Shown one piece after another: positions 55,867 to 64,000 of a stretch of 64,000 nt of DNA. Source of the DNA: a virus (lineage: Duplodnaviria; Caudoviricetes); the IMG/VR virus record IMGVR_UViG_3300031813_000005, positions 32,001 through 96,000 of that record. One strand, 5' to 3'. Position 1 is the stretch's first letter. Each line of letters opens with the position of its first letter. Made by a program: the position numbers and the translations under genes. The notes beneath the pieces are model-generated. The model ran no database searches. It had not been told where the DNA came from and saw nothing but the letters and a program-made list of their open reading frames with translations.

Positions 55867-58785
55867 TTAACCGTAAGTTGTATCATCTAAACTAACTGGC
55901 GCAGTTTCATTTTGAATGAACTCGTCAGTTATTTTTTGGCTTTCCCTATAAAAAGCATTAACAGTTTTAATATAATCATTTATCATTTTTGAAATAGTTT
56001 CTTCGTCAGCCCCAGAAGAAACTATTCCAGCAAGAGCTTTTGATATACTATTAAATAGTTTTTTTATCTCACCATAGCTGTCTTCCGATAACATAGCTAT
56101 AATAATACCATGAAGTCCTATAACTATTCTCCTCAAAAGAATTAATATTGCCTCTAACACATCAACAAACTTTATTAAAGCTAATAAAATTCTTGCTCGT
56201 ATTTGTATATTTATAGCAACATAACATATTGGCAATTCATAACTATGTTCTTTAACGCCAGCAGGAACGTCTTCAAATATAGATAACCTATTAAAAACAA
56301 TAGATTCGTTAGTTTTTTGTTGATTATTTAAAACTAATATATTAGAAACTAAATCTACAAAAGGATTAGTAATACCTCCAGCGACAAAAGAGTGTTTCTC
56401 GTCTATTTTTTTTAGTTTGTCGGTAATAGCTAATTTAGGGTCTAATAAGTTATAAAGAGCACAATTTTTTGCTTCATCGGTTCCCAACACGGTGTTTTTT
56501 GAGCTAAAAAGTCTTATTTTTGAAGCATTGGGACCAAAATAATTCATTATTTCTGATAATAGCTTAACAATATCCTCTAATTTAGTGGCTGATAAAAACC
56601 TTTGTTCTCTTCCTTTAATAGCGTTTAACACATCTGTTCTAACACTGTTAAAAGCCGCTTCAGAAGGAAATAAAAATTTAACAACTTTTTTATCTACAAT
56701 TTTTTCGTTTTCGTCTAATTTAATCGGCATGTTAGGTAAAACAAGTTTTTCTTCTTTTACCCCGTTTTTAATTGTAATAACACTTTCAGTGTTAATAGGA
56801 ACTTTAGCGGATGGAAAAACTGCTATTCTATCGGATATATGATAATCCGCTGTTTTAATAGTTCCTGGTATAACATCATACAAACCCCAAGATTGAAGAT
56901 TTACACTCGGATTTAAAATATCTGTTATGTTTTTTAAATATATATCAAAAAGCTGTGATAATTTTTCGACATCTTTTTGATTTAATTTAACTGATGTAAT
57001 TCCTTGAGCCGCTTGAGCTGCCGTTATATTAGAACTAATAATTTTAACAGCCGGTATTATATTTATATTTAAAGCTTTTTGTAGTTCTGACCCACTGTGT
57101 AATAAAGTTTCTGGTATTTGTATAGTTTCGCTTGGGGAGAGTTTTTCAAAAACAGGTATTGCTGATTGTAAAGTTTTGTACAAGTTGTTTATTTTAAATG
57201 CTGCTTTATTAGTTATTTCGGATAAAGAATGTCCATGACTACCGTGAGACACTACATAAGAATTTATTGCCTCTTCCCTTGTTTTTGGCAAATCTTCAAT
57301 AAGCTCTTCTATATCAACTGGTAATATACCATACTCGTTAGCTCGTTTAGCCTCATAAAAAATAGAAAACAAATCTTGTTTTAAATTAGTATTTTCTTGT
57401 AAATTTTCCTCTGAAATACTAACTAATAAGTTAGATAAAAAAGGTAAAAAATTATTGTCTTTTAATGCTTTATCTTTTATATAAGACAAAAAATTAAAAT
57501 AATTTAACTTATTATCTACAACAGTAGGCGCTATAAAAGATAATCCTAATATATTATCTCCAGTTTCTGTTAAAGTTTTACTTATAATAGAAGATAATCC
57601 ATCAGCACCTTCTTTAGTATTTAACACTTTAGAAAGAAAGAATAAAGTATCTTTTATGCCCCAATTTTTTTCTTTTTTTAAATTTTTAATGTATAATTCA
57701 AATTCTATTAAACTTGGAATTATTTCTGTTTTATTTTTTTCATCTTGTAAATTAGACGCAAAATCAGATTCTTCCTCATCTGCGTCTATAGATACGTGTG
57801 AGCCAGGAGAAAAAAGAGAGGTGTTTATTACAGAATTTATAGCTTCTTTATTTGCGGATTTAAATATATTTTCTACATCTAAAATATCTGATGTAATAAT
57901 ATTAACCAAATATCTTACTAAAACATTATAAACAAATTGTTCATTATCTCCAGAAATAGTTCCAACATCAGAGGAGCCGCTGATGGACCCAACTTCTTTT
58001 TTACTATCAGAATTTTCTGTTTCTTTTTCTTTTTTTATTTTTGCTTTTTTAGTATCTTCACGTTTTTTGGCTAATAATTTTTCCCATTCAGGTACGGTAT
58101 CTTCTGTTAATTTTCCCCAAGATAAGGAAGATAAAAAATTAGAAAACTCATTATTAGATGTATAGAATTTTTTAATGAGTGGTTCTGATAAATTAGAAAT
58201 TACAGGTTCAGCATTTTCAGACTTATCTTTATTAAAAATATTTTTTATATTTCTTATGTTATTATTACCGGCAAGTACCATTAAGCGCTTCCAATTTACT
58301 ATATTAGAAGCTATACACAGGTTTTTTAACTGTTCTACTAATAAATTATAATCCTTTTCTTTTATAATAGCAGTGTGGTCTGTATTAGTAAAGAAATTGA
58401 CTATTCCGTTAATAGTGCTTTCTGACAACTTTTTTTCACTTAATATATCTTTTTCTAAAACACTTACAGCACGTTTTACAGAGCCTATCAATTCTTTTTT
58501 ATTATAACTATTAATAACATCAATATAAAAAGAAATAAACTCGTTAATACCGTCTATAAAATAAGGATTTGTATCTGGATTAAAATTGGCATGTAAACAA
58601 ATACTAATTTTATCTAAACACCCTGTATTTATTATAGCCTCTTCGCATAATAAATAAAAAGAAGAAGCTCCCCAAAAAGTAGTTTTATCTTCTGGTTCAG
58701 CAGAATCGGAAGTTTTAATAGAAAATCTTTCGGCTTTATTGGCTTCTATTAATAGCTTTTTTAAATCTTCTCTAATATTTGTCAT
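55867..58785 (-). CDS. Large (972 aa) hypothetical protein, putative internal virion protein
   Basis: AATTAAAT-GT-ATG; N-terminal LLIE/A site. Confidence 0.6.
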   Translation of the reverse strand: MTNIREDLKKLLIEANKAERFSIKTSDSAEPEDKTTFWGASSFYLLCEEAIINTGCLDKISICLHANFNPDTNPYFIDGINEFISFYIDVINSYNKKELIGSVKRAVSVLEKDILSEKKLSESTINGIVNFFTNTDHTAIIKEKDYNLLVEQLKNLCIASNIVNWKRLMVLAGNNNIRNIKNIFNKDKSENAEPVISNLSEPLIKKFYTSNNEFSNFLSSLSWGKLTEDTVPEWEKLLAKKREDTKKAKIKKEKETENSDSKKEVGSISGSSDVGTISGDNEQFVYNVLVRYLVNIITSDILDVENIFKSANKEAINSVINTSLFSPGSHVSIDADEEESDFASNLQDEKNKTEIIPSLIEFELYIKNLKKEKNWGIKDTLFFLSKVLNTKEGADGLSSIISKTLTETGDNILGLSFIAPTVVDNKLNYFNFLSYIKDKALKDNNFLPFLSNLLVSISEENLQENTNLKQDLFSIFYEAKRANEYGILPVDIEELIEDLPKTREEAINSYVVSHGSHGHSLSEITNKAAFKINNLYKTLQSAIPVFEKLSPSETIQIPETLLHSGSELQKALNINIIPAVKIISSNITAAQAAQGITSVKLNQKDVEKLSQLFDIYLKNITDILNPSVNLQSWGLYDVIPGTIKTADYHISDRIAVFPSAKVPINTESVITIKNGVKEEKLVLPNMPIKLDENEKIVDKKVVKFLFPSEAAFNSVRTDVLNAIKGREQRFLSATKLEDIVKLLSEIMNYFGPNASKIRLFSSKNTVLGTDEAKNCALYNLLDPKLAITDKLKKIDEKHSFVAGGITNPFVDLVSNILVLNNQQKTNESIVFNRLSIFEDVPAGVKEHSYELPICYVAINIQIRARILLALIKFVDVLEAILILLRRIVIGLHGIIIAMLSEDSYGEIKKLFNSISKALAGIVSSGADEETISKMINDYIKTVNAFYRESQKITDEFIQNETAPVSLDDTTYG

Positions 58786-58798
58786 ACATTTAATTTCT

Positions 58799-61513
58799 TT
58801 ACTTGGACTGGTTTATTTTAGTTCTTGTTAATTCAACTGTTGGAACAAACGCTAATATAGGATTTAAAGAATTATTGTTTGAAACCGTATTTAAAATTCT
58901 CGGTATACAAACAGCCTCTACGGCTTTATAAGTTAAACTTATTGTAGAAGTATTTGCGGTTGTTATATTTGTACAAACTGTATCTATTGCCGCAAAAGTT
59001 TGTGATAATCCATAAACATAAGCAAGTAATACAAGATATATAAAATCTGTAGATGATATATTTGTATCTAAAGATAATGCCCCACACGGAACCTGTTGTA
59101 AATGGCTTATAAGAGCTGAAGATAAATTAGCTATATATTGAAAAGCGACATCAGCATTATCATAATACGATTGCGGTGTTTCACTTATATATTGGAGCAT
59201 TTGTGTATTAGTTGGAACAGCTTTTCCGATATTTTGGAACATATCATTTGTTATATTAAATAAGCCACCTGGAACCATAGATTGCGTTCCATTACTTTCT
59301 ACTAACATCATAGCTTTAAAATAACTAACATCAGAAAATACTTTACCTGCCGTTCCTATACCAGAAATATATTTAGTGTATAAAGTTTGTAATACCTTAT
59401 CATATGTTGTTAAAGAATAGTTATATACTGCTGGTAGTGGTGAATATACATATGGTTTAGTTGAACCAGTTATATTCGGGACTATACTTGTTGGAGAAAC
59501 TGTATTGCCAGCACTATCTACAATAGTGCTGTTATTTATAGTAGAGTTTACAGCATTAGACATATCATAAGCTCTACAAACATCAACTCTGGAAAAGAAA
59601 TCTGGCATTGTGTTATCTGCCTTATCTTTTGCTTTATAGTTAAAAAACATACGAGAATAATTTTTTATAACCGTTTTTATTCTGCTGTATTTAGCATAGG
59701 CATTTTCCATAATAGCGCCTAATACATCATATGTTATTGAACGGTTAACTCTGAAATTAACATCGCCACAACTATATATTAATATATTACCATCTGGGTC
59801 AAATCCAATGAAAGAACCTGATGGGTGTCTTAACATTATAGTTTCTTTACCTGGAGTTAAAGACATTTCTAAACCTGCTGGTTTTGAAAAGTTTACAGCA
59901 TCACTTGATGAATATTGAACAGAAAATTCGTTATAAATAGAAGCAACTTGTTCTGGAGTGCCAGTATTTGTAGAAACGGTAGAAGCGCCATTATTTCCAG
60001 ATGAGACCACAGTGCTTGATTGAGTGTTAGAAGACATATGAAGCCAAGTAGCAAAGGCATCAATAGTTTGGTTATAACTTATAGCAGATAATCTTGATGC
60101 GCTTATTGCTGCTCCTGTTTGAGCAGAACTTCCAGCTTTCCAAACATCCCAATGAAGGTGAGGCCCTGAATTATGACTTGTTACGGCAGTTATTCCACAA
60201 ACTCCCATAACAGTACCAAGTTTTACAAGCTGTGTTTTACCAGAATTCACTATATTTTGTATATTTTGTGCTATGCTTCTTAAATGTAAAAAGCCATGAC
60301 CATACCCATCTATACCTAATACTAATAATTCATACCCAACATATGGAATAGTTCTTATATATAAAGGATAGCAGTCTATAGGCGCTAATAAAGCCGTACT
60401 ACCACTTGCTTCAGCATGAATATCAATACCGCTATGTAAGCCATATGGACGAGGAGCATGAAACTTTCCATCTGCCCCGCCAGAGAGCCTAAATGGCCCT
60501 GAAACGGGCAAAGTTTTGTTTATGGTGGCTGACGCAGCACAATCATTTAATCCTTGTAGAATAACAGCACTATTAATCGTACTTTGAGTTGCTGTGCTTG
60601 GAGTATTAACAGCAGCAGATGGTGAAACTGATGTTATAACTGTTCCACTAACGTAATCATTACTTAATAAATTAGTAGGAGCTAATAAAACAGACGGTCC
60701 AGAAGCTGATAAGGGCTCTCTTTTTGCGAAGGCAGCGCTTGCTGTTGTTGGAAAAGCTGGATATAATCTTGCTAATGTCGCAGCATCTGATTGTGTTAAA
60801 ACAGATATTTTATCATATGAAACAGAACCTTCTAATACTATAGCTCTGTTGTTTGGGTCATCTGATATAAATAGAGTAGAGCCTTGTCCTGTTCTTATAT
60901 TATAAACAGATGGTGCTAATGTTTCATAAGCACTTGCGTTAACAGGAGGCGCAGCAGCCGCGTTTCCTGGGGTATCTGTTTGGCTTACTGCCGTTAGAGC
61001 TACGCCAGGAAGCATTTCTAACGGTCTTGGTAAAGAATATCTAAACTCGTTAGCATGAATTATTGACCCTACCACAACCGGTAGCATAGGATCATCATTT
61101 TCAAACATTATAATAACTTCTGTTCCAACAGATGGCGTAGTAAATACTCCTGCTGGTGTGGTTAACCCACCTTGAAAATCTAAAGATGGTCCTAAATTAT
61201 GACTTAAAACCGAAGCCCACGGTAGATTAGTTATTGTATTTTGGTCTTTAAATGTAGAAGAGCCGGCTAATTTATTACTTAATGCTGTTGAATATGAGAT
61301 AATATCTGGGTCTATATTAGCAATTCCATCTTGATTATACGGTGATGGGCCATGAATAGCGGGTATCCACACTTTAACTCTACCGGCAAACAGCGGGTCT
61401 ACATTAGATACAACTATTCCACGCGTAGTTGCCTGTTTTGTAGTGCCAGACCTAAATCTACTATAATCACCAAAAGCCGTTTCTATAGTATTACTGTTTG
61501 AATTGCTGCTCAT
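58799..61513 (-). CDS. gp5: Baseplate central spike (gp5-like) with an M23 peptidase and an SLT-like domain
   Basis: OB fold GIVV..VDP..AGRVKVWIP, LPWA, P.VGTEV..MF...D...PVVVG; HSGID and HLH; LRHPSGS; LVES, GLF and AY.YG. Confidence 0.8.
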   Translation of the reverse strand: MSSNSNSNTIETAFGDYSRFRSGTTKQATTRGIVVSNVDPLFAGRVKVWIPAIHGPSPYNQDGIANIDPDIISYSTALSNKLAGSSTFKDQNTITNLPWASVLSHNLGPSLDFQGGLTTPAGVFTTPSVGTEVIIMFENDDPMLPVVVGSIIHANEFRYSLPRPLEMLPGVALTAVSQTDTPGNAAAAPPVNASAYETLAPSVYNIRTGQGSTLFISDDPNNRAIVLEGSVSYDKISVLTQSDAATLARLYPAFPTTASAAFAKREPLSASGPSVLLAPTNLLSNDYVSGTVITSVSPSAAVNTPSTATQSTINSAVILQGLNDCAASATINKTLPVSGPFRLSGGADGKFHAPRPYGLHSGIDIHAEASGSTALLAPIDCYPLYIRTIPYVGYELLVLGIDGYGHGFLHLRSIAQNIQNIVNSGKTQLVKLGTVMGVCGITAVTSHNSGPHLHWDVWKAGSSAQTGAAISASRLSAISYNQTIDAFATWLHMSSNTQSSTVVSSGNNGASTVSTNTGTPEQVASIYNEFSVQYSSSDAVNFSKPAGLEMSLTPGKETIMLRHPSGSFIGFDPDGNILIYSCGDVNFRVNRSITYDVLGAIMENAYAKYSRIKTVIKNYSRMFFNYKAKDKADNTMPDFFSRVDVCRAYDMSNAVNSTINNSTIVDSAGNTVSPTSIVPNITGSTKPYVYSPLPAVYNYSLTTYDKVLQTLYTKYISGIGTAGKVFSDVSYFKAMMLVESNGTQSMVPGGLFNITNDMFQNIGKAVPTNTQMLQYISETPQSYYDNADVAFQYIANLSSALISHLQQVPCGALSLDTNISSTDFIYLVLLAYVYGLSQTFAAIDTVCTNITTANTSTISLTYKAVEAVCIPRILNTVSNNNSLNPILAFVPTVELTRTKINQSK

Positions 61514-61514
61514 A

Positions 61515-61856
61515 TTAACTTAATAGTTTCTGTAAACTTTGAATATCAATTATATTAATAACTTCACCAGAAGTTGGTCTTGCGAAAGGGTCTACAATAG
61601 CATTTGCCCAAAAAATAACCCACCATAGAGCAGCATCACCGTATACATCTAAAGCTATTAAATCCGGCCTTCCAGCATATTTAGGAGGAACTTTATAAAA
61701 AGAAGTAATTGGAATAAGACCAGAATAGGCGGAAGGTAATGGGTAATAAGTATTTATATTATTTATAGATAAAAAGGTTCCAAGTTTTGTAGTTCTATCA
61801 TTAGTTGGATTTGCTGGGACTAAAACACTTCCATCCCAATTCGTAACAAGAGACAT
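61515..61856 (-). CDS. gp53: Baseplate wedge protein (gp53/LysM-like)
   Basis: RPDLIALDVYGD..LWWVI..AN.IVDP motif. Confidence 0.85.
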   Translation of the reverse strand: MSLVTNWDGSVLVPANPTNDRTTKLGTFLSINNINTYYPLPSAYSGLIPITSFYKVPPKYAGRPDLIALDVYGDAALWWVIFWANAIVDPFARPTSGEVINIIDIQSLQKLLS

Positions 61857-61869
61857 AAAAAACCCTCAA

Positions 61870-61877
61870 ACTTAATT
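61870..61877 (-). promoter_or_regulatory. Late promoter motif AATTAAGT (gp53-gp5)
   Basis: AATTAAGT-TT-GAGGG before the ATG. Confidence 0.65.
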
Positions 61878-61960
61878 GATTGAAAAATAATTCAAACTTT
61901 ACTCTTCGGTTTATAGCTCAAAAATACGACATATGTATATGCGCCGAGGGTTGATAGTTA

Positions 61961-62437
61961 TTATATATAGTTATTATATATAGAAGAACTTCCTTTAATC
62001 TTTTTACCCACAAAGTTAAGATCTTTCAAAAGTCTATCTCTGCTTGTACTTACTTTATGCGTAGAACTTGTTGGTACCTTTTCCGCTATTTCATTAAGTT
62101 TTAAATAAGTTTTCCAACAATGTTTTATTTGTTTTGTATATAGAATTGTATTTATATCATTATAAAAAGTATATAAAGTTTTAGCTAAAGCATCACAACT
62201 TTTAACTAATTCCTCGTCTAAATACTGGTCTGGGTCAAAAGATAAAATAACAAATTGAACAGCAGCGGCATAAAACAAAAGTATTTTTTGAGTTTTAGTT
62301 CCTACTTCAGCCGGGTTAAAAATTAACTCTTTTACATATTCTTTAAACTCTTGTATTTCATCTGAACTTAAAATAATGCAAAACTCTTCAAGATTGGCAT
62401 TGTCATTGTTTTTAAGTGCTTGAATACGGTTTTTCAT
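61961..62437 (-). CDS. Hypothetical protein
   Basis: Late motif at 62454-62461. Confidence 0.65.
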   Translation of the reverse strand: MKNRIQALKNNDNANLEEFCIILSSDEIQEFKEYVKELIFNPAEVGTKTQKILLFYAAAVQFVILSFDPDQYLDEELVKSCDALAKTLYTFYNDINTILYTKQIKHCWKTYLKLNEIAEKVPTSSTHKVSTSRDRLLKDLNFVGKKIKGSSSIYNNYI

Positions 62438-62468
62438 AAGTTGTTATCACTATATTTAATTTAGTCAT

Positions 62469-62498
62469 AAAAAAGGCTGGCGCAATTACCAGCCTTTT
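62469..62498 (-). terminator. Intrinsic terminator
   Basis: AAAAGGCTGG-N8-CCAGCCTTTT with a T-tract on the minus strand. Confidence 0.8.
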
Positions 62499-62517
62499 AT
62501 TTTAGTTGTTATTAGAT

Positions 62518-63144
62518 TTATGCGATTGTTACTGTTTGTGTAGAAGTGATAGAATTACCGCCTTCAGTAACCGTTACAATTAATGTGGCAGGACCAGTTG
62601 TTCCAGTAACAGCAAAGTTAATAGAATTGGTTCCCTGACCAGTAAGACCTGTTCCAATGGCAGAGCCAGACCAAGTATATGTTACAGCAGTACCACCAGA
62701 AGCTAACATAGGATAACTGGCAGTAGCTCCGGAGGTTCCGTGTGTGTAAGAGGATAATGTAATTGGCGCAAAAGCTGGCATATTTGGAACAGTGTTATCA
62801 AAAGCAACAACATTTTTCTGTCCAGTTGTAAAATTATCAAAAGAATAGAAAGTATAATTTGGATAAGCAGCTAATTGAAATTGCTCTGCTCCATATCCAA
62901 GCTGTACTGTAGAAGGGGCTGTTCTTTGAAGTAAATTAACATACTCTGGCCCACCAAGAACACCTGCTCCTCCTGGCTGAACACCGGTTATACCAAAAGT
63001 TCCTGTTAATCCGGTTACACCGGTGGGAAACCCACCAAGCATATAAGGATTAGAAGTTTCTGGAGAAACGGCGTAGTTAGTCTGATAGTTAACTGTGATT
63101 TTATCTGGGTATTGGTTTATTACGGGGACTGTTATAATTGGCAT
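62518..63144 (-). CDS. Virion surface protein with an Ig/PKD-like C-terminus (paralog A)
   Basis: Thr/Gly-rich; YTWSG...GQGT..I.F pattern; paralogous to the adjacent gene. Confidence 0.6.
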   Translation of the reverse strand: MPIITVPVINQYPDKITVNYQTNYAVSPETSNPYMLGGFPTGVTGLTGTFGITGVQPGGAGVLGGPEYVNLLQRTAPSTVQLGYGAEQFQLAAYPNYTFYSFDNFTTGQKNVVAFDNTVPNMPAFAPITLSSYTHGTSGATASYPMLASGGTAVTYTWSGSAIGTGLTGQGTNSINFAVTGTTGPATLIVTVTEGGNSITSTQTVTIA

Positions 63145-63162
63145 ATTGTATCTCTTATAAAA

Positions 63163-63825
63163 TTAGTGTGTTACGAAGGGTGCTGAAGATTGTACTGTTA
63201 AACCATCTGAAGTAGTTAAAATAGTTTCTAATAAGAAGCTGCCAGTAGAACCGGTAGCTTTGAAAGTTAATCCTGTTGTACCTTGACCACTAATTACAGA
63301 ACCGATAGCAGAACCTGTCCAAAGTAAAGAAGAGCCAGAAGGTAAACCAGTTACGCCAGAAGCTCCGGCAGGAGTTGGATAGAAAGTAGCAACAGCAGCA
63401 GTATAACCAGCTGTAGCACCTGTGCTACCGGTGATTTGACCGCAAGGAATTTGAGCTTTTCCTGCAAAGGCTGTTTTAAAAGCTACTACTGTCTTTTTAC
63501 CTGTTTGAAAATTGTCAAACGAAAAGAACTTATAGCCAGGATAAGCGGCGAGTTCAAACTCTTCACTACCATAACCAGAATATTGAACAGTAGTTGGGGG
63601 AGTTCTTTGAAGTAAATTAATATATTCTGGACCACCAATAAAACCTGGACCACCGGCCTGAACACCAGTGATACCAAAAGTTCCCGTTAATCCAGTTACG
63701 CCAGTTGGAAAACCGCCTAACATATAAGGATTGGTAGCCTCTGGTGAAATGGCAAATTCCGTCTGAAAAGAGACGTTTAATGTATTTGGAGAATCGTTTA
63801 TAACAGGAACTGTGATAACGGACAT
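63163..63825 (-). CDS. Virion surface protein with an Ig/PKD-like C-terminus (paralog B)
   Basis: Shares an identical NPYMLGGFPTGVTGLTGTFGITGVQ block with paralog A; late motif at 63860-63867. Confidence 0.6.
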   Translation of the reverse strand: MSVITVPVINDSPNTLNVSFQTEFAISPEATNPYMLGGFPTGVTGLTGTFGITGVQAGGPGFIGGPEYINLLQRTPPTTVQYSGYGSEEFELAAYPGYKFFSFDNFQTGKKTVVAFKTAFAGKAQIPCGQITGSTGATAGYTAAVATFYPTPAGASGVTGLPSGSSLLWTGSAIGSVISGQGTTGLTFKATGSTGSFLLETILTTSDGLTVQSSAPFVTH

Positions 63826-63923
63826 GGTAATAATACCTTTCGAATATTTTTTGTACTATATTTAATTATATTTATATTGAAGTGTTGTTGGTAAATGTAG
63901 CAAATGTTTATCGCATTTAATTA

Positions 63924-64000
63924 TTAATTAGATTTGTTTGTAGGAAGTAATATTGCGTTTTTCTTTGCTTTTCTAATAGCCCAAGAAGCTTTAAGCTTTT
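63924..64000 (-). CDS. 3' end of a gene entering from the right edge (basic tail, possibly a homing endonuclease)
   Basis: KLKASWAIRKAKKNAILLPTNKSN*. Confidence 0.35.
   Translation of the reverse strand, partial: KLKASWAIRKAKKNAILLPTNKSN

Noticed and set aside
3869-63677. Numerous short ORFs nested in or antisense to long genes (e.g. 12103, 14753, 33592, 34795, 45229, 56585)
   Set aside because: They overlap well-supported genes, show shadow-like F/S/L-rich composition and have no evident SD or promoter motif.
1-64000. Stop-codon reassignment (code 15, 4 or 25), common in some large phages
   Set aside because: Core genes are intact in code 11, TAG ends genes directly before the next start, and no gene appears split by TAG or TGA.
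1-64000. tRNA genes, CRISPR arrays, DGR or reverse transcriptase
   Set aside because: No cloverleaf, repeat-spacer periodicity or RT motif was seen in the short intergenic regions; tRNAscan and CRISPR finders were not run.

Overview
This AT-rich window (roughly 30% GC by eye) comes from a large T4-related myovirus, probably a jumbo phage, read in the standard genetic code. Minus strand 1-20.3 kb carries a phage sigma factor, terminase small and large subunits, portal, a putative core protein, prohead protease, scaffold, major capsid, tail tube, sheath, tube initiator, baseplate hub and a truncated tape measure gene. 20-27 kb holds replication and recombination genes: UvsX/RecA, gp32-like SSB, a 5'-3' exonuclease with an apparent degenerate tandem paralog, an HD nucleotidase and primase. 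27-44 kb is mostly orphan genes, including a 2320-aa protein, a Cas4-like nuclease and a collagen-like protein. 44-56 kb has class II RNR, an EndoVII-family nuclease, an operon of small acidic and basic proteins, gp25, Mre11/Rad50, RusA and dUTPase. 56-64 kb has a 972-aa orphan, a gp5-like spike with M23 and SLT-like domains, gp53 and a paralog pair. The main patterns not explained by the ORF track are: (1) a late-type motif AATTAAVT-N-T-R that sits exactly 2 nt before ATG in five genes, suggesting leaderless mRNAs; (2) a CCGATATA motif before DNA-metabolism genes; (3) one perfect sigma54 -24/-12 site; (4) a candidate ~95-nt late ncRNA upstream of terS; (5) a shared PLD(I/F) motif that may target proteins to the capsid; and (6) a structured gp32-uvsX spacer with an anti-SD loop. 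All calls come from motif recognition by eye; no searches were run.
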